Origin: Eledone cirrhosa
Lineage: Eukaryota
DNA length: 64,000 bases
Direction of reading: 5' to 3'
NCBI GenBank assembly: GCA_964016885.1
Contig: OZ024745.1
Span: 53,878,001 to 53,942,000 of the forward strand
Positions 54,053 to 64,000 of the stretch are shown here, piece after piece (the first letter of the stretch is position 1; each line of letters opens with the position of its first letter). The notes beneath the pieces were generated by a model. The model did no database searches and was not told the DNA's origin. It worked only from the letters and a program-made list of their open reading frames with translations. Made by a program: the position numbers and the translations under genes.

Positions 54053-54595
54053 AATTTTTCAAATCCATATATATATATACACACAAATTTTTCAAATCCA
54101 TATATATATATATATATACACACAAATTTTTCAAATGCATATATATATATAGACAAACAAAGTTTTCAAATCCATATATATATATATATACACGCACATT
54201 TTTCAAATCCATATATATATATACACACAAATTTTTCAAATCCATATATATATATAGACACACAAATTTTTCAAATGCATATATATATACACACAAATTT
54301 TTCAAATCCATATATATATATATACACACAAATTTTTCAAATCCATATATATATAGACACACAAATTTTTCAAATCCATATATATATATATATATACACA
54401 CAAATTTTTCAAATGCATATATATATATAGACAAACAAAGTTTTCAAATCCATATATATATATATATATATACACACACATTTTTCAAATCCATATATAT
54501 ATATACACACAAATTTTTCAAATCCATATATATATATAGACACACACATTTTTCAAATGCATATATATATACACACAAATTTTTCAAATCCATAG
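53284..54595 (+). repeat. Minisatellite of ACACAAATTTTTCAAATCC + variable (AT)n units
   Basis: Dozens of ~30-60 bp units; recurring variants AAATGCAT and AGACAAACAAAGTTTTC; SINE pieces on both sides. Confidence 0.95.
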
Positions 54596-54597
54596 AA

Positions 54598-54842
54598 ATA
54601 ATTGTTTCTACTTTTGGCACAATTATCTCAGTGTATTACTGGTACTTTATTTTATCGATCCTGTAAGGATGAAAGGCAAAGTTAACCTCGGCGGGATTAG
54701 AACTCAGTCTGTAAAGGGACGTAACTGTGCTGCAAAGCATGGCGCCCGACCCTCTACCGATACTGCCAATTCACCGCCCAAATCCATAGAAATAATTGTT
54801 TCTACTTTAGGCACAAGGCCAGCAATTACCCAGTACATTACT
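54598..54842 (-). mobile_element. Meta-like SINE plus adjacent truncated copy
   Basis: Full copy 54598-54779 flanked by the AAATCCATAGAAATAAT duplication; fragment 54792-54842. Confidence 0.85.
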
Positions 54843-54949
54843 TAGAAATAATGTTATATAGGTATATACATGTGAGGGTTGAATATGAAGAGACGAAAGA
54901 AAGAGTAAGCCAGAATTAGATAAAGAAAAAGAAGTAAATGGGAGGTGGT

Positions 54950-55290
<341 letters not shown>

Positions 55291-55324
55291 TGAGAGAGAG
55301 AGAGAAAGAGAGAAAGAGATAGAT

Positions 55325-55385
<61 letters not shown>

Positions 55386-55592
55386 CCGGGGAGAGCAGCT
55401 GATTGGTACATATTCAATAGACAAAAGTAGATTCGAGTTGTTCTAATTATAGAAAAAAGAAGTCAATTTATCAATAGTAAGCAGTTTTCGTGCGAAATAC
55501 CTTTGAATAGAACTTAATTTAGATAGTGAGTGTTTGACACAAAAATGTCGTTGAAGAAGAATTCTAAATATTCATAGGATAGTGACACTGCT

Positions 55593-55777
55593 ATAATTGT
55601 TTCTACTTTAGGCACAAGGCCGGCAATTACCCAGTACATTACTGGTACTCTATTTTATCGACCCCGTAAGGATGAAAGGCAAAGTGAACCTCGGCGGGAT
55701 TTGAACTCAGACCGTAAAGGGACGTAACTATGCTGGAAAGAATGGCGTCCGACTCTCTACCGATACTGCCAATCCAC
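55593..55777 (-). mobile_element. Meta-like SINE copy
   Basis: Full length; CTATAAT duplication at the ends. Confidence 0.85.
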
Positions 55778-55784
55778 TATAATA

Positions 55785-56190
55785 TGCGTTAGATGGGTTC
55801 AAGGAAAATGTTGTGGTGTGAGAGGGCTGTTAATTAATGTGACAGCTACATTTAAGTGTAAATTACATGTAGAGGGAGCTGGATCTTAGAAATGGCATGA
55901 AGATGGAAAGTGTGGAAACATTTTGTTACCTCGGAGACATTTTAAATAGAGAAAGATTGAAGGGACTCGCTGACGGTGACTAGAGCGTGATGACTATGGT
56001 AGTTTCTGGAACTGAACGGGGTGCTAATGAAGCGAGGAGTGTTGCTGAAAGTGACGTGAAATGTGTAATGCAGCGTCGTTAAGAAGTGTCATGATTTATG
56101 GGAATTTGTAATGAACGTGGAGTAGCAGAGACAGCTGGAAAACAGAAATGAAAATAGTTCGGTAGACGAACAAAGTGTTGCTAGAGTATT
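55785..56190 (+). mobile_element. Old RTE LINE fragment
   Basis: MESVETFCYLGDIL...FLELNGVL...SVMIYG. Confidence 0.6.
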
Positions 56191-56381
56191 TTTGTAGATA
56201 GATGTTTTGTCAAAAGTATTGCTGACGAGTGTTTTGATGTAACTATGAACTCGTATGATAGGAGTTGTGGATTGTGGACTATTGTGATTTTATATTGTAG
56301 ACTCTCCTCTGGAGAAACTCACCCTCAGAGGTTTCTGGCCTTTATATAAATGACGTGAACCACATATTCATAAATAGATAG

Positions 56382-56570
56382 ATAATTGTTTCTATTTTTG
56401 GCACAAGGCCAGCAATTACCCAGTACATTACTGATACTTTATTTTATCGACCCCGTAAGGATGAAAGGCAAAGTTAACCTCGGCGGGATTTGAACTCAGA
56501 TCATAAAGGGACGTAACTATATGCTTCAAAGCATGGTAACCGACTCTCTACCGATACTGCCAAACCACCG
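56382..56570 (-). mobile_element. Meta-like SINE copy
   Basis: Full length; GATAGATAAT duplication. Confidence 0.85.
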
Positions 56571-57191
56571 TGTGGATAGATAATGTAAAAGGAACAGATG
56601 GACGGCTAGAGACGCACAGACATACACGCACATAACACACACACACAATAGACACATACACGCACACACAAACACATACTCAGCCCCACCCTAAACGGAC
56701 ATATATGCTCATACTCATACAAATTTAAAGGCGACAATGGATGGATTATTGAGATACATTCACTAATTTTCACATCACTGTATGAGCACTAATACCCACA
56801 CAACGGCTTTTGGTTATCTGGTATCATATGGTAGCCCGAAAATGCACACACCATTCTCCGAAATAAAATAATTTCAATTTACTGTTTTGTTTTTTAAACT
56901 GAAAACCTTGTTTTGACAATTCTTGCTCGTACCACAATATGAAAATTACCTCGCCTGCATTTCCTACTTGGCAGTTCACCTTCATCCACGCCAAATCATG
57001 TTATAACTTATTACACTATACGAATATCTCCACCACTTTGGATATTTCTACAATGCTGTCGTACAGTAAAGATTTTCAAAGATTTATTTACTGGTTGGTG
57101 GCAATTATATAATTTAAATGGATTATAGAAACGTGTAGAAACGTGTAATACACCTCACAGATGTCTGCGCCCTAGTCGAGTGACTAATTGA

Positions 57192-57302
<111 letters not shown>

Positions 57303-57502
57303 TATTATTATTTATCTAAAGCTGAGCCTGCGTGAGTCGTTACTCAAAATTTCTTGTCCCTTGAAGACTCGGAACAAAAAACTTCAGAGTGACGACTCGG
57401 TTTCTAATAAATAATTGTTTCTACTTTGGGCACAAGGCCAGCAATTATCCCAGTGCATTACTGGTACTCTATTTTATCGACCCTGTAAGGATGAAAAGCA
57501 AA

Positions 57503-57589
<87 letters not shown>

Positions 57590-57593
<4 letters not shown>

Positions 57594-58130
57594 ATAAATG
57601 TATCATTGATACGTTTACTCAACGGACGTCCCACTACCTAGTTTTCTATATATATATATCTATCTCTATTTCCTCTCTCTCTATATATATATATCTCTCT
57701 CTGTTTTTTTACATGAAGTTCTTCTCTTTATCTATCTTTCCATCTCTCTATTTTGTTCCATGCATTTCTTCTTTTTTCTTCTTTTTCTTTTTCTTCGTTT
57801 TCTGTCTTTCTTTCCTTTTTTTTCTCTCTTTCTTTCTCTCCGTGTACAATTTTTTCACTGCCAATTCAACTTTTCAAATACAAGTCGATGTTGTTACGGT
57901 ATGTCAAATCTATTTATCTATAAAACTGTTTATATTGTATTTTGTCTGAGGAAGGCATAGCATATTGTTAATATGATATCCCTGAAATATATATAATGAA
58001 ATAAATATGGTTTTATAAATATAGTTTCCATTTATTTAATATTGTAAATATACTCCAAATACTTGTCGAGTGCTTTTATATCAGTTATAAATATTTACTA
58101 GTTGTAACCCAACAATTTAAATATAACTTT

Positions 58131-58132
<2 letters not shown>
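57590..58132 (+). mobile_element. PLE 3' UTR/pLTR remnant between (TA)n tracts
   Basis: T/C-rich UTR, HHR, then a tail shared with the 45705-45970 hairpin. Confidence 0.65.
57938..58003 (+). ncRNA. Type I hammerhead ribozyme motif
   Basis: TATTTTGT-CTGAGGA-AGG..CATATT-GTT-AATATG..CCT-GAAA-TATATA-TA-ATGAAATA. Confidence 0.7.
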
Positions 58133-58195
<63 letters not shown>

Positions 58196-58242
58196 GGGGG
58201 AATAGATAGATAGACAGACAGGTAAGTAGGTAGTAACACAAG

Positions 58243-58881
58243 GTTGTGAAGGTTGGTAGAATCGTTAGAGCGTCGGACAAAATGCTTTGCGGTATTTAGT
58301 TACGGCCTTTACATTCTGAATTCAAATCATGCCAAGGTTAACTATTCTCTACACCCTTCTGAGGTTGATAAAATAAACAATCAACTTCCCCTCCCTCAAG
58401 ATTGTTGGTCTTGTACCTAAATTCGAAACCATAATAGCTAGATAACAATGGCTGAATAGATTAATTGTTTTTACTTTTGGAACAAAGCCAGCAATCACCC
58501 AGTACATTACTGGTACTTTATTTTATCGACCCCGTAAGGATGAAAGGTAAAGTTAACCTCGATGGGATTTGAATTCAGACCGTAATGGGACGTAACTATG
58601 CTAGAAAGCATGGCGTCCAACGCTCCACCGATACTGGCAATTCACCACTGAATAGATTAATGGTTTCTTATATAGGCACAAAGCCAATAATTTGGGGAGG
58701 GGGAAGGGGGAAAGTCGATTAAATCGACCCCAGTGCGTGACTGGTACTTTATTTTATCGACCTCATAAGCATGAAAGGCAAAGTTAACCTCGGCGGGATT
58801 TGAAATCAGATCATAAAGAAAGGTAACTCTATGCTTCAAAGCATGGCGTCCGACCCTCTGCCGATGCTGCCAATGCACCGC
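58243..58881. mobile_element. Cluster of three Meta-like SINEs (old + copy; short and long - copies)
   Basis: 58243-58432(+), 58462-58648(-), 58658-58881(-); CTGAATAGATTAAT-like duplications. Confidence 0.85.
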
Positions 58882-59316
58882 TGAAAAGATTAATGATGGC
58901 TAGACATAACTTGACGTACATCACGCCTACACACAAATACATACACAGAGCTAGCTAGCTAGTTAGTTAATGGAAGTAAGAGTGACAATAATTTGAAAAA
59001 AAAAAAACACCGATGAGAGAGTTATATAGACCTATGGTTGAAAACATGATTGTTCTCATTCGGACACGAAGAGATTTTTTTTTTTTACCTTATGAATTTT
59101 TCCTCCTATTTCCTTTTTCATTGGTTAATGAAACTATAGCAACGCCATATAAATAATTTTCCACTCTGTCTTTATCAGGACGGAAGCATCATTAATTTTA
59201 TGATATATTGAATAGTTTATGACATAATGAGAATGAGGAAAAGTATAAAAAAGAGAAATGTAACACACACGTGCACAGCACAGTAAAGTGATGAACGACA
59301 CTTAGAATGAAGACAA

Positions 59317-59388
<72 letters not shown>

Positions 59389-59469
59389 CTATGCATGTAT
59401 ATATGTTTGTATGTAGATTTGTATTTGAGTGTGTATATGTATGAATGTTTATGTATGTATGTGTATTCG

Positions 59470-59505
<36 letters not shown>

Positions 59506-59590
59506 TATATATATATATGAACATATATATATATATGAATATATATATATATATATATATATGAATATATATATATATATATATATATGA

Positions 59591-59624
<34 letters not shown>

Positions 59625-60707
59625 GAATATATATATATTCATATATATATATATATTCATATATATATATATATATATATAATTATTAAAGCCAGTTATT
59701 ACAACGGAACCATACCAGGCACGTACGTTTCGTTAGCCTTGGGGATCAACTCTTGTTCAAATTGTGCCGATGAAAATGAAACGGAAAAAAATATATCTTG
59801 CAGTGATCATTCCTGCAGTAAGCATCACATTATTTGAGAAGAATTACACAGTACTTTCTTTCCTTATGTTTGTATGGTTTGATCCGCATGTAGGCACTGC
59901 GTCCATAATCTTCGAATGTCGTCTGAAATAATGTCAATATCTTAGCTTAAATATCCGTAAATCGACGAATGCACTAAAAAATTGACAAGGAATATTCATA
60001 GACCAGTATGAATGGCGCAGTAAATCTTTTTCTGAAAAAGTATTGTGTTGAATCTGTTATTTCGTAGCCTTGCATTTGTTCTACTTTGCATAATATTAAC
60101 ATTCCTTTGTCTTGTTTTGAAACTACTTTGTCAATAACAAAAATCCTGTATCTACATCCAGCAATTGATCTGTTTTGAGTTTAATCTGCATCCTCATTTT
60201 ATAATCTTTGAATTATATGTCTTTGTTTCTGTTTTGAGTCGTGCCTTTGTTTCCTCTTGTATTTACTTTCGTTTTCTTTCAGTTATTTTTATTCATTTTA
60301 CCTTTAGACTTCTTGTGTTTCTTGTCGTCTTACAGTACTTTATGTTCTATCTAATGTCGAGCATTCACTCACCTCTTGTGATATTGTTCTCATCTATCTA
60401 CAGACTCATTCCCTGTAAATGAAAACTTGTTCGCCTGTTAGACTTGAAATCAATTCTCGTATATTTGAACACTTTGAATTACATATCATTGCCTTCTGGC
60501 TTTTTGTTTCTTGTAATCTTTATCAAAACTTGTAATCTTTATCAACACTTTCTCGCTGCAATTACTGCCACCGCCACCTTTCATTTAAATCCTCCATGTA
60601 AGTAATCGCAGTGGATGAGAGAGAGAGAGAGAGAGAGAGATTATCTAAAGACAATTTTTCCAATTCCAACCCGCCCGTCCCCTCAATCTATCTTATTTCT
60701 CATTCTT

Positions 60708-60743
60708 TCTTCTGATGAAAGACTAGCGTCCGAAACGTTAAGA
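60708..60743 (+). ncRNA. Minimal type I hammerhead ribozyme in a pLTR remnant
   Basis: TCTT-CTGATGA-AA-GAC-TAGC-GTC-C-GAAA-CG-TT-AAGA; palindromic AACGTT stem III. Confidence 0.75.
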
Positions 60744-60837
60744 CCCTCTTTCTCCTATATCGAGCGTTAACCTAATATATCCCTTCCATATACTGTACCG
60801 ATTGTGTTGTTATTTATGTTTACCTTTTACACACACT

Positions 60838-60869
<32 letters not shown>

Positions 60870-60884
60870 CACACACACACGCAC

Positions 60885-61013
<129 letters not shown>

Positions 61014-61098
61014 AAGTGAGTTGCTTTGTGTGACATTGTCTTCATAAAATGTCAAAAGATTTACCTTGAAGGGAAGGGGAAGACAATATTATTTTAAA

Positions 61099-61276
61099 AC
61101 AGTATCGGTAGAGGGTCGGACGCCATGCTTTCCAGCATAGTTACGTCCCTTTACGATCCGAGTTCAAATCCCGCCGAGGTTGACTTTGCCTTTCATCCTT
61201 ACGGGGGTCGATAAAATAAAGTACCAGTAATGCACTGGGTAATTGCTGGCCTTGTGCCTAAAGTAGAAACAATTAT
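61099..61276 (+). mobile_element. Meta-like SINE copy
   Basis: ATTATTTTAAAACAGT duplicated at both ends. Confidence 0.88.
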
Positions 61277-61518
61277 TTTAAAACAGTGAAAAAGAACAAT
61301 TGCAAATTCACATGTAAACAAAAACTAGAAGTTGTGTGTAATGAGATAGATAATTATGAAAAATAACTAGATCTGCTTATCAATTTACGATAATAAAAAT
61401 GATATGGAATAATGCAACGAGAAAAAGGTAAAAATACCGCTTAGATCCTTGTAAAGGTTTAGGACCAAGCAAGAAAGATTTACGCTGAAAAGAATGCAGA
61501 GGCTGGTTAAACAGCAAC

Positions 61519-61633
<115 letters not shown>

Positions 61634-62772
61634 GTACGTATGTATGTATGTATGTATGTATGTATGTATGTATGTATGTATGTATGTATGTATGTATGTA
61701 TGGATGTATGTATGTATGTATGTATGTATGTATGTATGTATGTATGTATGTATATATAGGGAGTGCAACGTGCTGTTACTGTAGTTTCACCCAAGTGAGC
61801 ACTCGATGCATAGTTTTGCGTCTGAAACGAGGTGTAGAACTAAACAGAGTGTAAATATTGGTTAAATCCTATTTTATGCTGCCAAACAAGTGAAAGTAAC
61901 TCACCGGAACTAACGTCAATATCCACCCACATACTTTTCAGAAGCTTGTGTAATATCATTTGATCAGAACAACAACAGTATGCATACCCAACAACTGAAG
62001 GGTGGTGGATATTAGCAAAAGGAAAGTTCAGTTACAATGTGGCACAAGTGACTCCCTGTTTACATCGTATTTGCATGAACACATGTACAGGAACAAGTTC
62101 TACAACTGTGAGCACATTCATTTCTATGTGAACGAATTCTATCTTTTCTCTTAAAATTTTACATTTTCTCTTAAAATTTCGTGTTATAAAAATTTGTTTC
62201 AAACCAGTTTCGTGTTATATATTTGTTTCAACACATCACTTCCAGTAAGTCCGGTAATTTGGATAAGCTTATTTTGCAGTGTAAAGTAGGAATTAACACA
62301 CACAGACATGCAAATATATTAGAATTTCTATTTACGAATTTCTGATCGTAAAGTTAATAGGAAATAATGTGTCAAAACCATAAGTGCTAAGATGCCGGTA
62401 TAGTTCTGTTTGGAAAATTTAAAATTTAGTGCCAAAAGCTCTGATTGGTACGCGATTTAATCTCCCTGGAAAACTAATTTGTAACGCTGGATATCGGCTA
62501 ATGTAAATGAAACATCATCATGATCACCATCATATTTATACCATACCCACTCCCCAACTCACTGAATAAACTCCCACTCACTCTTTCTATCCCCCTTCAG
62601 AATGTTTGGCGCTCTATTTAAGTATCACAACTTCCGGAAGCTGTTTTACTCGATGTTCTTCGGAGTGCCACTGAGCTCTGTATAACACTCAATCCTTCAA
62701 TGGACTCACACTAGTGACCCCTAACGGAAACCAGAAACTAGCAAGCAAAACAAAATGGCAACACGCAATTTG

Positions 62773-62822
<50 letters not shown>

Positions 62823-62864
62823 TGCTCTACTACTGCGGATATAATCCACCAGTGTTCTACCACT

Positions 62865-62899
<35 letters not shown>

Positions 62900-62991
62900 A
62901 TTTTGAATAGTTTTCCTAAGAGGAACGAAGGAGTACAACAGATGCATATTTATTTCATTTGGCTTTAAAAATTTATCGATCTTTTAATAAT

Positions 62992-63179
62992 AATAATTGT
63001 TTCTACTTTAGGCACAAGGCCAGCAATTACCCATAACATTACTGGTACTTTATTTTATCGACCCCGTAAGGATGAAAAGCAAAGTTGACCTCGGCGGGAT
63101 TTGAACTCAGAATGGCAAGGGCCGTAACTCTATGCGTCAAAGCATAACGTCCGACCCTCTACCGTTACTGCCAATCCAC
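62992..63179 (-). mobile_element. Meta-like SINE copy
   Basis: Full length. Further truncated copies at 57411-57503 and 63746-63846 (-); diverged copies near 26160-26332 and 51300-51455 (+). Confidence 0.85.
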
Positions 63180-64000
63180 AGTAATAACAAAGAAGAAGAA
63201 AGATTTAAAATTATGAAGGCCAAACAAATGTCTTCACACAATGTTGTAGTCAAGGAACTATCACATTAATATTTTTTCTTTACATCCGGTCATTTTGACG
63301 GGTTCTATGCTAGTATACACACACACACACACACACACATATATATGTGTGTGTGTGTGTATGTGTTGTGTATGTATGTGTGAGTGTGTGTGTGAGAGAG
63401 AGAGAGAGAGAAAGAGAGTGAGAGAGAGAGAAAAGATATTGAAATAAAAAAGGGAATGAGAAAATTAATAAGCCAACCCACCCCCCTCTCTATTAGACCT
63501 CCCTGATCAACCAAACAACACAGGAGAACAATACACTACAATATGGACATATATTAGTTTAACGCTTGATATAGTAGGGAAAAGAATCTTAACCTTTCAT
63601 CGGAAGATGGATAGAAGAAGAAATAGAAAGCGAGTGTGTGTATCTAGCTATCTAAACTATAATAAAGGAAGGTCTGCGGGATTGCGTACGGTTTATTTAT
63701 TTTTTTTATCCTGTTTGTAAAATAAGTTGGATTACTTTGAATAAATAATTGTTTCTACTTTTGGCACAAGGCCAGCAATTTCCCAGTGTATTACTGGTAT
63801 TTTATTTTATCGACCCCGTAAGGATGAAAGGCAAAGTTAACCTCGGAATAAATAATGAATGAATATTACATAATTTATCTACTCAATATCGTAAACAAAA
63901 ATAATTTCGTAAAAATAAATAATTTAAAATTGACTTCTTTTCAAAGTTGCACTTTCGGTATATCGTCGCCACTTCAACTACCATATATATAGAAAGAGAG

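Noticed and set aside
53269-54666. [11 protein letters not shown] repeat ORFs and CRISPR-like repeat-spacer appearance
   Set aside because: The spacers are only (AT)n of variable length; eukaryotic context; no cas genes.
59770-60600. Purine-rich minus-strand stretch that could be a decayed transposase
   Set aside because: No sustained frame or diagnostic motif that I can identify.

Overview
AT-rich, repeat-saturated eukaryotic non-coding DNA. The repeat families, (TA)n/(CA)n/(TCTA)n tracts and SINE types resemble octopus (coleoid cephalopod) genomic DNA; this is an inference from recalled repeat sequences. I found no convincing host gene, and most ORFs in the track are microsatellite or antisense artefacts. 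The window holds decayed RTE-clade LINEs (one family with a PHD-type finger after the RT), two tRNA-derived SINE families (CORE-type with a bipartite RTE tail, and Meta-domain-like), several lineages of Penelope-like elements (PLEs: RT + GIY-YIG), TTAA- and hAT-type MITEs, and two complex satellites. The most striking pattern is a dense set of PLE-derived fold-back (inverted-repeat) insertions sitting in or beside (TA)n tracts, together with about a dozen hammerhead-ribozyme (HHR) motifs. Some HHRs occur on both arms of a palindrome, and some carry unusually long (80-100 nt) stem II insertions. All folds and alignments were read by eye and need computational confirmation.
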